From the IMG/VR virus record IMGVR_UViG_3300005253_000034, positions 1-54,311 of that record: a stretch of 54,311 nucleotides of DNA; one strand, 5' to 3'. Below are positions 36,821 to 47,150 of this stretch, piece by piece. Position 1 is the first letter of the stretch, and each line of letters opens with the position of its first letter. The position numbers and the translations under genes are program-made. The notes beneath the pieces are model-generated. The model did not search any database. It saw nothing but the letters and a program-made list of their open reading frames with translations, and had not been told where the DNA came from. Origin of the DNA: a virus. Lineage: Duplodnaviria; Caudoviricetes.

Positions 36821-37210
36821 TTATTCTCCTATTGCAACCCGTTCCTGTCGCTCCGTTTCTTCTGCGTCCTCGTCTTGGAGGTTGTGGTGATAATCACTAT
36901 CCCCCAGAATAATAGCCCTCGAAGTATCCTCCGCAGAAAGGGGTTTAAACAATCTTCGGCGTAATTCCCGAGCTTCTTCTGGTCCAAAATTCCCCAGAGA
37001 TTTGCCGAGGTTCAAAACGTCAACGAAAACATCTCCGGGTTTAGCTAACCACTCGCAGATGCAGAACACACCAAGTTTATTATAATGTACCACAAACAAC
37101 CTATTTTTCCGTTGTGGGTCTCCTTCTACAAGCCGGGAGACCCACCTCGATATTTCACCGTTGATAATCGTGTGTTCTGCGGAGGTATAGTTGGAAACTA
37201 ATCCCAGCAT
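36821..37210 (-). CDS. hypothetical protein
   Basis: ORF coupled to its neighbours. Confidence 0.65.
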   Translation of the reverse strand: MLGLVSNYTSAEHTIINGEISRWVSRLVEGDPQRKNRLFVVHYNKLGVFCICEWLAKPGDVFVDVLNLGKSLGNFGPEEARELRRRLFKPLSAEDTSRAIILGDSDYHHNLQDEDAEETERQERVAIGE

Positions 37211-37455
37211 TACTTTTTCTCCGGTTGCTTTATTGGGACGATATTAGATTTCTTCTTCGGCTCTTTTGGCTCCTTCTGCTTGGCAAGGAGTTCGTTGGCG
37301 GCATCAAGTTGAGATGCTTTCGCAAAAAGCAGCTGCTCTCCCTGAATGATGACTCCCAATTCATTCCCGGTCAGAGACAATCCATTTACTAATATCCGAC
37401 CATTCAGTAGGAGATTCCGTAAATCTTTGTGGGCCTGTTCGGTCTGTGCGTTCAT
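37210..37455 (-). CDS. hypothetical protein
   Basis: GAGG RBS. Confidence 0.6.
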   Translation of the reverse strand: MNAQTEQAHKDLRNLLLNGRILVNGLSLTGNELGVIIQGEQLLFAKASQLDAANELLAKQKEPKEPKKKSNIVPIKQPEKK

Positions 37456-37477
37456 TTTGTTCCTCTCAAAAAAGTTT

Positions 37478-37765
37478 CTATTTCTTTATTCCAAGACTTC
37501 GTAAATCATCTTCACTAAGTCCTGCATCAATAAGACGCTGTTCATCGGATTTACGCTTCATCCCTCTGAAATATACAGGTTGAGTCTTTTTCTTTGGTTT
37601 ATATCTTCCCTCACCCTTCAAATATTTTTTTCCTTCGGGGCTATGTTTCATTCCCAACAATGCACGAATTAAACGATGCTTCTTTGAACCGTGTTTAGCC
37701 ATACCAATTCTCCTTGGCAGTTTTTCTTTTGTTAAGTTATCAAGGGCTGCTATTGCTTGAGCCAT
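37478..37765 (-). CDS. small basic protein with capsid-like N-terminus
   Basis: MAQAIAALD is identical to the capsid start; K/R-rich. Confidence 0.65.
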   Translation of the reverse strand: MAQAIAALDNLTKEKLPRRIGMAKHGSKKHRLIRALLGMKHSPEGKKYLKGEGRYKPKKKTQPVYFRGMKRKSDEQRLIDAGLSEDDLRSLGIKK

Positions 37766-37767
37766 AA

Positions 37768-38784
37768 TTAAACATAGGAACCAATGAAACCATACAGTTC
37801 CAATCCAAAAGCCCCATCAGTTTCATCAATACGAATTGGATTGTTCCGGCCAATCTTAATGGCGTGGGGCAAAGTAACAACAGTATTTCCCATTACACCA
37901 TTCGTATTCAGAATCCCGGTATTGTACTTTATGGTTTTCTTGAGAGTATGAGGATCAACCGGGAATCCAACTCCGTCTATCCAAGCCGTACTGGAAGATG
38001 TCCCATCGTTACTGGCAACCAAATCAGCGTGAGCAGTTCCAGTTCCTTCATCTATATTCCAAGCAGCCGACAATCCCGTTTCGGTTCCAATGAATTTACT
38101 TCCAGCCCCACCAGCCCAGAGAGTATCCATTTCTGCGGAGGTAAGAATTTGGCTATACAAACCGAAAACGCTAATATCGAATGTCTTAGACGTTCCACCA
38201 GTAATCACCAAATTAACTGCACCGCCAATGTTGCCTACAGCCGAAATATCCCCAGCAGTAGCAACAGAAACATTATCGACATACATAGTAAGGCCATCGG
38301 TTTCTCCCGCTTCAATATTGATAACAACCCAATGCAACTTATTATCGTTGATAACATTTCGACTTGTAATCGTTACCGGTGCAGCCGATCCATCGTCGAC
38401 AGTACAAAATAATTTACCGTTTGCATCTATCCCGACAAGCCAACCATCTCCGCCATTGTCCTTATCTATCATAGTTGACAAGGAAATAGCATCGGCGGCA
38501 GCTTTAATTCCAAATACAATGGCAAAGTCGCCTGCCCCAGGCTCAAGGGCGGAATTGTCTGTGACTGTAAAAGTGTCTGTATTTCCATTAAATCTCAGAG
38601 AAGCCCTCCGCAGGAAGCTAAAACCATCTGCGGTTCCACCTCCTGTGAGGATGAATCCCGTGAGAAACCAACTCTGATTTGCACCGGGGGAGTCTATAAG
38701 ATGAGTGAAAGCTGCTGAACCGGCATTGAGATGGGAATATGGAAATCCATCGTCAGGCCGCATCGGGCGAGTTTCATTTGGCAT
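37768..38784 (-). CDS. LamG/concanavalin-A-like domain virion protein (start MPNETR)
   Basis: [28 protein letters not shown] motifs; AAGGA RBS at the internal ATG. Confidence 0.7.
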   Translation of the reverse strand: MPNETRPMRPDDGFPYSHLNAGSAAFTHLIDSPGANQSWFLTGFILTGGGTADGFSFLRRASLRFNGNTDTFTVTDNSALEPGAGDFAIVFGIKAAADAISLSTMIDKDNGGDGWLVGIDANGKLFCTVDDGSAAPVTITSRNVINDNKLHWVVINIEAGETDGLTMYVDNVSVATAGDISAVGNIGGAVNLVITGGTSKTFDISVFGLYSQILTSAEMDTLWAGGAGSKFIGTETGLSAAWNIDEGTGTAHADLVASNDGTSSSTAWIDGVGFPVDPHTLKKTIKYNTGILNTNGVMGNTVVTLPHAIKIGRNNPIRIDETDGAFGLELYGFIGSYV

Positions 38785-38854
38785 TTTAGTATCCTTAAAG
38801 AAAAAACTGTGCCTCCCCATATCCTCGGCGAGGCACACAATTAGATATTCAAAC

Positions 38855-41503
38855 TTACGCAGCAACGATTGTTGCACCAGATACGAGAGGCTCATAACGG
38901 ATATACCATTCAATAGAATCGTCTGCATCTCCATTAGCATCAAGATTCATTATGATACTACCATCATCGGTTACAAAATCAAATCCCATATCTCCTATTA
39001 CGCCGTTGGCAGTTAAGACTAACGCTGCTCCAAACGTAGCACCAGGGGTAAGAGTGCTCCCTACTGCTGCGGCATTAATATCGACTGTTCCTGTAACATC
39101 AACAGCATTTCCAGGAGTAGTAGGTTTAGTAGTTACTTTACAGTTGATTGCAACAGCTTTGATTACATTAGCAACAACAGCAACAATACTTGTAACTTTA
39201 ACCGGGCCACCGCTAACGGTAAACAGAATTGTTTCTCCTGAAGCAGCAGTGAGGTCGGTTTTAGTTTTGGTTGCCGATTTTGCTATTAACGGGTCAATAA
39301 CAGAAGTATCGGCCAGAATAGCGTCAAGGTCAGTATGAGCCAAATCAAGCGAGGCTTTCGCACTATCGTCTTGGGCGGCTCCACCGTCGCCTGAAAATGC
39401 ACCTGACTTATCTGAAATAGCTTGGAGTGAATCAGTGGTACACTTATAATCAGTTGCATCTTTCGATTTAGATAAGATATGAGCTACTAAGGAACCAGAA
39501 ACACAGTGTGGTTCTAAATCACCATCAGCCACTACACCAGTGTCTGTACCTGTAAGAGTATCAAGTTGGTCTGCCGCTAAAGCTGTGGTCACACCTGTAC
39601 CAGCCGCTAAAGCAACCGCTATTGCTTCCAGCGAATCGGTAGAACACTGATAGGTACTCGTATTTGCTGTGGCGGACAGAATATGAGCCAATAAAGTCCC
39701 ATCAAGGCAGTGTGCTGTCAAATCACCATCAGCCGCAACGGTAGTATCCACACCTGCTAAAGTGTCAAGTTGTATTCCGGTTAAAACAGTCGAGCCAGTT
39801 CTGAGAAGGTCAGAAATAGCCTCCAGCGAATCAGTTGAATTATCAAAAGATGTTATATTCGCCGGATTTCCTTTAGCCATTAGAAAAGCCAATACACTAT
39901 CGTTTACTACGGAATCTGGGTACAAATTGCCACCACCATCCGCAGCCGAAGCTAAGAAGTGAAGTAAATCAGCTTCAATCGCAGTGGTAACACCGGTTCC
40001 AGCCACTATATAATCTCGAATAGCCTCCAGCGAATCAGTTGTGTTGTCAAAGGTATAGGAACCATCTTTGTGGAGAATATCGTGGAGTGATTTTTGAACA
40101 GGAGGTTCATCAACAGCGGCAGAAGTATTAGCTTCCACCAGAGTAAGAAGGTCTCGAATAGCTTCTAAGGAATCAGTAGTATTGTCAAAGGTGTAACTAC
40201 CGTCCTTATGTAAGATGTCGTGGAGTGACTTTGCTGTAGGGGGTTCATCAACAGCAGCACTTACATTATCAGTAATCGCCGTTACCTTATCCGAAATAGC
40301 CTCTAAGGAGTCAGTAGTATTATCATAGGTATTTGCACCATCTAATTTCGACAAAATATCCTGTAGAGAGTTACCAGTTGGGGTATCCGGTACGGCATCG
40401 GTTACATCTGTCGGAGAGCTAATTCCACCAACAGCATCCGCTATGGCTTCAAGACTGTCAGTTGTGTTGTTATAAGTGTAGCTACCGTCTTTGTGTAGCA
40501 TATCGTGCAGTGAATTTGCGGTCGGAGGTTGTGAAACGGCTGTATTAAGAGCAGCCTGAACTTCTCCACCGCCAATTATAGCAGCAGCAGTACCGTCAGC
40601 GGTAACACCGTAGGTTTTGAACCAACTCATTTTTGCCGCCACAATCATACTATCGACTGCAAGTCCTGTGGATTCAATATAGGCATTTCGGATGATCCCC
40701 GTACAATCAGCGTGTACCTCAATGCCGGGTTCGTTGTCCTTGACTTTACAGGTAAGGTCGTCAATTAAGAGGTCGGTACAGGCTGCGGTATCGTTGACGA
40801 TTGCAGCCGTACTGTAGTTACCGATGAATCGGCATTTTTCAACGATACAGTTGTCGGATGCACCGTTGAAGTAAACAGCGGCGACCGCTTCTGCGGAGGC
40901 AACTTTTGTACGTCCCAGACAACCCTTAATTTTGGTGTTGTCACAACCAGACTTTACTTCTATCCCGGCAATGAATTCATCAGCAGCCGCATCACCCTCC
41001 GCAAAATCACAATCTTCGAGTTTTGTACCGGTTACACCCGTTTCAATATCGACACCGATAAGGACGGCTGTGATGCTGGGTACAAATCGTAGGTTAATGA
41101 GATGAATATTGTTGGCTCCAATATCGACACTGGAATTGGCGTGGCCAAAGTTTACAGCGGCTTTGTTATCTCCCTCACCAATACCTATACAGGTAATGTC
41201 GGATACGTCGAAGTCAACTTGAGCATTGACTATTGTATCGACGTGACCGGGGGCTGCGAGGATAACACTTCTTTCCCCCGCCGTACACAAACCGATTGCG
41301 TAGTCGATTGTGGCGAGGGGTTTTTCAAAAGAATGCCCGTGTTCGGTATCATCGACATCAGAGGCATTTGTGTGTCCTGAATCAACGAACAGGACTTGGG
41401 CTTCAGATAAAAGTCGTGGGCCGAGGTTGGAAAGATAAATTATTGCTTTCCACCCGTATTTTGCTACGAGGTCTGAAACTCTAAATGGATTTGTTGCTGG
41501 CAT
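38855..41503 (-). CDS. 882-aa virion protein: beta-helix-like N-terminal domain plus TDSLEAI repeats
   Basis: [14 protein letters not shown] (pectin-lyase-like start); about 8 repeats ending (T/S)TDSL(E/Q)AI; directly after the capsid gene. Confidence 0.65.
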   Translation of the reverse strand: MPATNPFRVSDLVAKYGWKAIIYLSNLGPRLLSEAQVLFVDSGHTNASDVDDTEHGHSFEKPLATIDYAIGLCTAGERSVILAAPGHVDTIVNAQVDFDVSDITCIGIGEGDNKAAVNFGHANSSVDIGANNIHLINLRFVPSITAVLIGVDIETGVTGTKLEDCDFAEGDAAADEFIAGIEVKSGCDNTKIKGCLGRTKVASAEAVAAVYFNGASDNCIVEKCRFIGNYSTAAIVNDTAACTDLLIDDLTCKVKDNEPGIEVHADCTGIIRNAYIESTGLAVDSMIVAAKMSWFKTYGVTADGTAAAIIGGGEVQAALNTAVSQPPTANSLHDMLHKDGSYTYNNTTDSLEAIADAVGGISSPTDVTDAVPDTPTGNSLQDILSKLDGANTYDNTTDSLEAISDKVTAITDNVSAAVDEPPTAKSLHDILHKDGSYTFDNTTDSLEAIRDLLTLVEANTSAAVDEPPVQKSLHDILHKDGSYTFDNTTDSLEAIRDYIVAGTGVTTAIEADLLHFLASAADGGGNLYPDSVVNDSVLAFLMAKGNPANITSFDNSTDSLEAISDLLRTGSTVLTGIQLDTLAGVDTTVAADGDLTAHCLDGTLLAHILSATANTSTYQCSTDSLEAIAVALAAGTGVTTALAADQLDTLTGTDTGVVADGDLEPHCVSGSLVAHILSKSKDATDYKCTTDSLQAISDKSGAFSGDGGAAQDDSAKASLDLAHTDLDAILADTSVIDPLIAKSATKTKTDLTAASGETILFTVSGGPVKVTSIVAVVANVIKAVAINCKVTTKPTTPGNAVDVTGTVDINAAAVGSTLTPGATFGAALVLTANGVIGDMGFDFVTDDGSIIMNLDANGDADDSIEWYIRYEPLVSGATIVAA

Positions 41504-41552
41504 CTTAATAATCTCCTAAAAACTAAGCTAAACTATCAATTATTAATGGTTC

Positions 41553-41609
41553 AAAAAAACCGAGAGGTCAAACACATACAGAGAAAGGAAGAAAATGACG
41601 ACCTCTCGG
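41553..41609 (-). terminator. capsid-gene terminator with 30-nt loop
   Basis: 10-bp perfect stem CCGAGAGGTC/GACCTCTCGG plus T7. Confidence 0.8.
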
Positions 41610-41645
41610 CTATTCACTTTTTCAAAGAACTACAAATACAACGAC

Positions 41646-43217
41646 CTACAGCATAGTCGCCTCCAACAAATTTGTGAGCTTTACGCCTCTCGGATCCTTT
41701 GGTGCAATTAAGCAGTAATACCAGAACGGAGCCTCAAGTAACTCCTGTGGAGCACCAGACGAAGCGTGGGCGACCATAAATACACCCGAGTGGCCACCGA
41801 GGGGGGCAAGGAATTCGATTTCCTGACCCATACTGGCTTCCATTCCGCCTAATCTCGGGGGACTGAATCTCTGGATATTTTCCCCAGCGAATTTCAAGGC
41901 ATATAAGGTCTTGGTTAGACACATCGGACTCATAATCCACTCATAAGAACGTCCGCCGAACTCGTAGGCAATTTGAGACCAACCACCCTTGAAACTCAGG
42001 GCTTTGCCGGTACGCTCGTAGTTTTGTCTATTGTTATACAGACCGGGCTGTTGGAGCCATTTCAACTGAACTCCCTGAGTGGTAATAATGGTGTCGAGGG
42101 TTTCACCTGGATAAGCGTCCAAGTATCCACCGATGTAACCATTAATTACGTCGTCAGTAAGAGGCCCATTAACGGCTTGGACTTGGGACTTGAACTGAGG
42201 ATATACTCCTAAGTCAAGAGCCGCAGCCCCGCTTGCACCGCCTAAAATCACACCAGACGATTTAATCCAGTCATTGATTCCCCAACTAAACTGAGGACGG
42301 GAGCCAGAAGTATAACGACTTGTCTTGGAAAATACCAACCAATCATTGGCAACCCCCGGAACCGTTGCCGAGCCGTATCCGGCTGTAAAATCAGGTAATC
42401 CGCCTGTATCGGCATTAACTGGTGCGAGGGTTATCTTTTTCCCCAAGTAATCGACACTGCTGATTATTAGGTGGACATATTTTGCAGTCGAATCGGTATA
42501 GTTACGAACATGTGTCGCATCGGTATTCACACCATCTTGAAGCACCCCGGCACTATCCTTGACAATATCAATCCGCATACTCTGGCGGAAGTTAGCTATT
42601 CGACCATATACCTCGTCAAGAGTAATGACAATATAATCGCCCTCTCCAGACTGTGTGCTCTCGGCTATCGCCGAAATCCTGCCGAGAACTTGATTTATGT
42701 TCCCGGAAGCATTCGTGACGCTGTGGCTGAAGAAACTGGAGGCCTCATATATAGCCTTCAGCTTAGCCACCGCCTTCATATCTCGTGCCACCTTCTTAAT
42801 CTGGGCAGCGTTCAAGAGGTCAGCCTGTTTCCAAGCAGCGGGAATACTGAAGTTCCCGACAACCTTATGTAGAACCAACTCCCTCTTAATATCGCCCATG
42901 TGGGGAGATTCCGCAGCAGTTGGGAAAATCGTGAGGCCAGCAGCAGCCGACCCTTGTGCCAATAAACGAGTCTGATTCCCGACAATCGTGGACATTTCCG
43001 GGCCAAGAGGATCACCGGACTCAATTAAACCAGCTACCCCGGTTTCGTACAAATGTATTACTTTATAGCCCCGACCGAGACCTGTTTGGCTTTTAACACC
43101 AAATGCCGTCCGCTTGATCTTATCGAACACCGGAGCTATTTCAGGCCCGGCCTCGTCAATCATCATTGGTAATTCTTCACGCACTAACGAATCTAATGCA
43201 GCTATAGCTTGAGCCAT
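41646..43217 (-). CDS. major capsid protein (putative)
   Basis: Position after portal and scaffold, strong AAGGAG RBS, downstream terminator, GINDWI and terminal PR..KL patterns. Confidence 0.75.
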   Translation of the reverse strand: MAQAIAALDSLVREELPMMIDEAGPEIAPVFDKIKRTAFGVKSQTGLGRGYKVIHLYETGVAGLIESGDPLGPEMSTIVGNQTRLLAQGSAAAGLTIFPTAAESPHMGDIKRELVLHKVVGNFSIPAAWKQADLLNAAQIKKVARDMKAVAKLKAIYEASSFFSHSVTNASGNINQVLGRISAIAESTQSGEGDYIVITLDEVYGRIANFRQSMRIDIVKDSAGVLQDGVNTDATHVRNYTDSTAKYVHLIISSVDYLGKKITLAPVNADTGGLPDFTAGYGSATVPGVANDWLVFSKTSRYTSGSRPQFSWGINDWIKSSGVILGGASGAAALDLGVYPQFKSQVQAVNGPLTDDVINGYIGGYLDAYPGETLDTIITTQGVQLKWLQQPGLYNNRQNYERTGKALSFKGGWSQIAYEFGGRSYEWIMSPMCLTKTLYALKFAGENIQRFSPPRLGGMEASMGQEIEFLAPLGGHSGVFMVAHASSGAPQELLEAPFWYYCLIAPKDPRGVKLTNLLEATML

Positions 43218-43219
43218 CG

Positions 43220-43687
43220 TTATTTACTCCTTAAAGTTCTACCTTCTTCTGTCTCTACGACATTATTTTTATAATCCGTAAAAACATTAGTTTGCAGGAA
43301 CCTATTAATTTCGTCAAGAGATGTTACATTTTCCACCCAAGCAATCATGTTATTACATCTTTTACAAACAAGTCCTCTAATTACACCCGTCTTATGGCAG
43401 TGCTCAACACACATAGCATGACGGATAGCTGATTGTTCCTCGCCACAGATAGCACATTTCTCACCTTGAATACGTAAAATCTGTTCGTATTCGGGGACAG
43501 TTAAAAGAATCCCTTGGGCTAACCAATGAGATTCTCTTGTACTATTTGGCATGGCAGACAGATACAAAGAACCATCCACTCTGTGTTTACAACAAGTGCT
43601 ATGTTCCCGATAGTATTTTGAACCATCGGGACGCTTGAGATGGGTAAGTTGCCGACTTCGGTTACAATCCTCAATAGAGCATCGCAA
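43220..43687 (-). CDS. endonuclease VII-family (His-Me) homing-type nuclease
   Basis: CAICG...EHCHKTGVIRGLVCKRCN. Confidence 0.8.
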   Translation of the reverse strand: MRCSIEDCNRSRQLTHLKRPDGSKYYREHSTCCKHRVDGSLYLSAMPNSTRESHWLAQGILLTVPEYEQILRIQGEKCAICGEEQSAIRHAMCVEHCHKTGVIRGLVCKRCNNMIAWVENVTSLDEINRFLQTNVFTDYKNNVVETEEGRTLRSK

Positions 43688-43832
43688 CCGTTGATGGACA
43701 ACTCCTTCTTTGTTTGCATAAGATGTTTTACTTAAAAGCGAAATACCACAAACCCTTAACTATACATCGTTCTGTTTCACTGAATAAATCAGTACGTTAT
43801 ATAGCCTCCGGATTTCTCAATCCAACGAATTC

Positions 43833-44714
43833 CTATTTCATCTCTCGGGCAGTCTTAACCGCCCTCTGAAGATACCTGGCAACAAGATTTTTCTCGTCAC
43901 CATCTTCATTTGAAGGAATTCGCTTAATTGGTTCGTTGGCTTGGATTTCGGATGAAAGGCCTTCACTCGGCCCCAGGCCCAAAACGATGGGGTGCTGGTT
44001 GAGTTTCTTTGGGATACCAAGTTTAGTCAACTGCGACCGTACCCTCTGTACGCTTGCTGCTACCATCTCGGCTCCAAACGGTTTGCCATCTTGAATCTTC
44101 CTAAGAACATCCTCAGCTACCATATTCCTAACTTCGGCGAAAGTATCGTCTTTGTCCTCGCCTACTATCATTTTACCAAATATCTCATCTTTGTCAACCG
44201 CTTTGTCCGATATTTCTCGAATTTCTTTTCTGGCATCATTGACGTGCCGCTGTTGCGAGAAATCCAAAATAGCCCGGACCTCCGCAGGAGTGGCGTCAAA
44301 TTGCTTCTGGAATTCAGCACTAAAATCAGTCTCTGTGGCTTTTTTCTGCGGAGGGTCATTTTCTTTTAGAGATTGCATAAACTCAGCAGGCTCAATTTCG
44401 AGTAATCCGGCCAATTCCCGAACATTGGATTCGGATGGAGTATCTTCTTTGGAAATTGATTTCACGAGGGTTTCTATCCGAATCCCCCGCTCTGCGGTTT
44501 TTGTAGCCTCTGCAGATTCCCGGAATCTATTGTCGGCTCCAGTTGCTTTCTCGGCTCTTATTTTTAGCTCGTCAATAGTTAAGGCAACATCTTGGCCGTC
44601 CACCTTAATTGTGTGAGTTTCGACCTTCTTTTCTTCTTGCTTCTCCTCTTGCTTTTCTTCCTGCTTCTGCTCTTCTTGTTTCTCTTCTTGTTTTTCTTCT
44701 TCGGGCATTTTCAT
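43833..44714 (-). CDS. scaffolding protein (putative)
   Basis: EEKQ repeats, IKVDG...TIDEL; lies between portal and capsid. Confidence 0.7.
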   Translation of the reverse strand: MKMPEEEKQEEKQEEQKQEEKQEEKQEEKKVETHTIKVDGQDVALTIDELKIRAEKATGADNRFRESAEATKTAERGIRIETLVKSISKEDTPSESNVRELAGLLEIEPAEFMQSLKENDPPQKKATETDFSAEFQKQFDATPAEVRAILDFSQQRHVNDARKEIREISDKAVDKDEIFGKMIVGEDKDDTFAEVRNMVAEDVLRKIQDGKPFGAEMVAASVQRVRSQLTKLGIPKKLNQHPIVLGLGPSEGLSSEIQANEPIKRIPSNEDGDEKNLVARYLQRAVKTAREMK

Positions 44715-44721
44715 TCCTTTC

Positions 44722-44799
44722 TTAATTAAAGTTTAAGTGTGCAAATTCACCGTGTTCTCTTATAGTAAATTGGCCTTGTGTAAGCGGTATCTGCTTCAT
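44722..44799 (-). pseudogene. collapsed HNH-AP2 endonuclease remnant (25 aa)
   Basis: MKQIPLTQGQFTI fused to REHGEFAHLNFN, resembling the typical N- and C-termini of that family. Confidence 0.7.
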
Positions 44800-46817
44800 T
44801 GGACAGGCTCCCCCCCCTGCGGAGGTTGTTCTAATTCCATTGCTGCACTGTCTTCCATAGTCTCCATACCTTCGGGCATTATACCCAAACCTATATTATG
44901 TTCGCTGTAGTGCTCTACGAACTTCTCCCGGACAGCCGGACTTGCAGCATAGAATTCAGGGCGAGCCATAAATGCGTTGAGTACACTTTGATGAATTAGG
45001 TGCATGTCCCTTTCACTGACAATAACCCCCCCTGGTTTTTCCCCGTCTCCAAAGAGAGCAATATTTTCAAGTATAGCCCTTCGACGATTCTGATAGGCAA
45101 CTTCGTTCCCCACCGGAGAGTTTAATCCTCTTTTACGAATTTCAAAACCATATTCATCCAGAGTAATTATTCCCTTCTCGAGGGCTTCTTTTAATTCCAT
45201 TTTCTGCTGCTCTTTGGAAATTGGAACCTCAGAAGCCACGTTGATGTTGACTTCATCGGGGCTGGGGATTGCGTTTTTGGCAAGACTAATTTCCCCGGTT
45301 TCTATGTCAAAAGCGATTCCGGCTAAGGAGTCGTCAAGAGTACTGATGCTTACAACTTTCTCGGGAGGCCAAATATCCTGAATAATTCCTAACATAGAAC
45401 GATAGATTCCCGATACTGCTTCGGCCACATTTTTCGCTGTCGGAGTTAGTGGAATTCCACTTGTTTCATAAAGGAATCCTAAACCAGAAGCCGAATCGAC
45501 ACGGCCAGGAGCACCGCCTTTCAGCATCTCTGTTGGCTGATTAGCCAGCTTATCCATCAAGCCACCAGCGACCATAGCTCCCTCTATATTGGATTTTGTT
45601 AGCTTCGCAGGCATTATACTGAAAGGTTTCAGGTCCGGGGTTGAGTAATCTGGTTCATAAGTTATCCTCTTGACGCCATCTCGGCCTCTAAGAGCCTCTG
45701 GAGGTGTTCCCAAGGATGCAGGCCACATCTGTAGCCCATATAACTCGAAATCGGTTATGTTCTGGAAAAGACTACTGAGACTATACTCTGCTTCCGTGTT
45801 CAGGGGGATTAGTTGGTCAACAAAGGAACGGCCATAAAATCCACCAACGGTAACATCCCGTGCAATTTTTACGGGCATATAATATTTATTTTGAGAATGG
45901 TCGTGGCGATATAATTGATTCAGCTTACTATAGGAGCCGGCAAAAATAAGATATTCTGCCAAGTATCCATCAGACGTTTCCGTCCAGACCTCGACAAGGA
46001 GAGTGACATCCATTTGGGATTTATCTGTTTTAGGGTATCGTCCTTTCCACTGAGTCTCGACTTGGCTCTGTCCACTCCTGATATAAAAACCCCCCCCGGT
46101 ATGGGTAAGAGAAGCTATCCCTTGAAATTTAGAGGTCACGTCCGAAGGTAAGTCCCCAAATGGAACCTTCAAATCATCCAGCCCCTTGTAAACTTTATTG
46201 CCTTTGCCAGGGGTTATCGAGAGTCCTTTTATGTAGTCTGTAGGTACATATCGTACCCGAATCAGCCCCCGCACATCAGATGGGACAGCGACATCTATTG
46301 GAATCGGAATTAACTCCCAAGGATTAATGACCTCAATCCCAATACTATCCTCCCCCTCTACCCACAATCCAAATCCGATTGTCCCAAAATGTAGTAGAGG
46401 CGGGAAAGCATTGAGGGCTAATTTAGAAACTTTTTCCTGCGGGAATGCTGAATCCAAGACTACCTGTGCCGTACTTGCTTTTCGTAAACCATCAAGACTC
46501 GTACCCCTCCGAGACACTGTGGGGGCAAGATTTATAGACAATAATCTACCAAGTTGAGCTTGGTATTTCGATACGATGTCCTCATATCTGAACTTTAATA
46601 CTCCTGATTCATCCAGATATGACGCATTAAGAGTTCCGCCTCCATAATTTATGTTACTGAAATTTCGGATACCCCTCATATAGTAGTGGTTTATCCACCA
46701 GTTGATTGAAATTGGATTCATCCTTGACTTGCCGGTAGAGACAAGATATTGGAACATCTGCTCAACTTGCTGTTTGTTGGCAGATGTATTTGGAGGCAAC
46801 TGAAATCTATAGCCCAT
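44796..46817 (-). CDS. portal protein (putative)
   Basis: 673 aa after the terminase; GFYGRS..DQLIPLN, GRVDSASGL. Confidence 0.75.
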   Translation of the reverse strand: MGYRFQLPPNTSANKQQVEQMFQYLVSTGKSRMNPISINWWINHYYMRGIRNFSNINYGGGTLNASYLDESGVLKFRYEDIVSKYQAQLGRLLSINLAPTVSRRGTSLDGLRKASTAQVVLDSAFPQEKVSKLALNAFPPLLHFGTIGFGLWVEGEDSIGIEVINPWELIPIPIDVAVPSDVRGLIRVRYVPTDYIKGLSITPGKGNKVYKGLDDLKVPFGDLPSDVTSKFQGIASLTHTGGGFYIRSGQSQVETQWKGRYPKTDKSQMDVTLLVEVWTETSDGYLAEYLIFAGSYSKLNQLYRHDHSQNKYYMPVKIARDVTVGGFYGRSFVDQLIPLNTEAEYSLSSLFQNITDFELYGLQMWPASLGTPPEALRGRDGVKRITYEPDYSTPDLKPFSIMPAKLTKSNIEGAMVAGGLMDKLANQPTEMLKGGAPGRVDSASGLGFLYETSGIPLTPTAKNVAEAVSGIYRSMLGIIQDIWPPEKVVSISTLDDSLAGIAFDIETGEISLAKNAIPSPDEVNINVASEVPISKEQQKMELKEALEKGIITLDEYGFEIRKRGLNSPVGNEVAYQNRRRAILENIALFGDGEKPGGVIVSERDMHLIHQSVLNAFMARPEFYAASPAVREKFVEHYSEHNIGLGIMPEGMETMEDSAAMELEQPPQGGEPVQ

Positions 46818-47095
46818 TATCTGACACCTATTGTCATTTTATAATCAACATTTTCAGACTCTTTTTCTTTCTTCTTATCCACAATACCGGGGAGGACTTT
46901 CTTCGGGGGTTTATTTGATGCCACCAATGCCCTCAAGGATTCTGGTTTATCATCTTTCCCAGCCACTACAATGAGCAGTTGCTTATTTGTCTCAGTCAGT
47001 TGATTAATGACTTTAAGCAATATCAGTAAATAGGCAAGAATTCCAAGTAATCCCACCGTAATAACAATGCAAACAAGTGGTATCCAAATATTCAT
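46817..47095 (-). CDS. small membrane protein
   Basis: N-terminal TM; GAAAGGA RBS. Confidence 0.65.
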   Translation of the reverse strand: MNIWIPLVCIVITVGLLGILAYLLILLKVINQLTETNKQLLIVVAGKDDKPESLRALVASNKPPKKVLPGIVDKKKEKESENVDYKMTIGVR

Positions 47096-47122
47096 TTAAG
47101 CCTTCCTTTCGTACTATCATTT

Positions 47123-47150
47123 ATTATACCAAAAAGTCACTCCTTGTCAA
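47123..47150 (-). promoter_or_regulatory. promoter TTGACA-N16-TATAAT for the head operon
   Basis: Perfect hexamers. Confidence 0.8.

Noticed and set aside
38784-38943. N-terminal extension of the LamG ORF given in the track
   Set aside because: It overlaps the 882-aa gene, and a better RBS precedes ATG 38784
43220-43830. Group I intron around the endonuclease
   Set aside because: A GTAGAGAC-like word is present but I found no matching P7 partner, and the flanking genes appear complete
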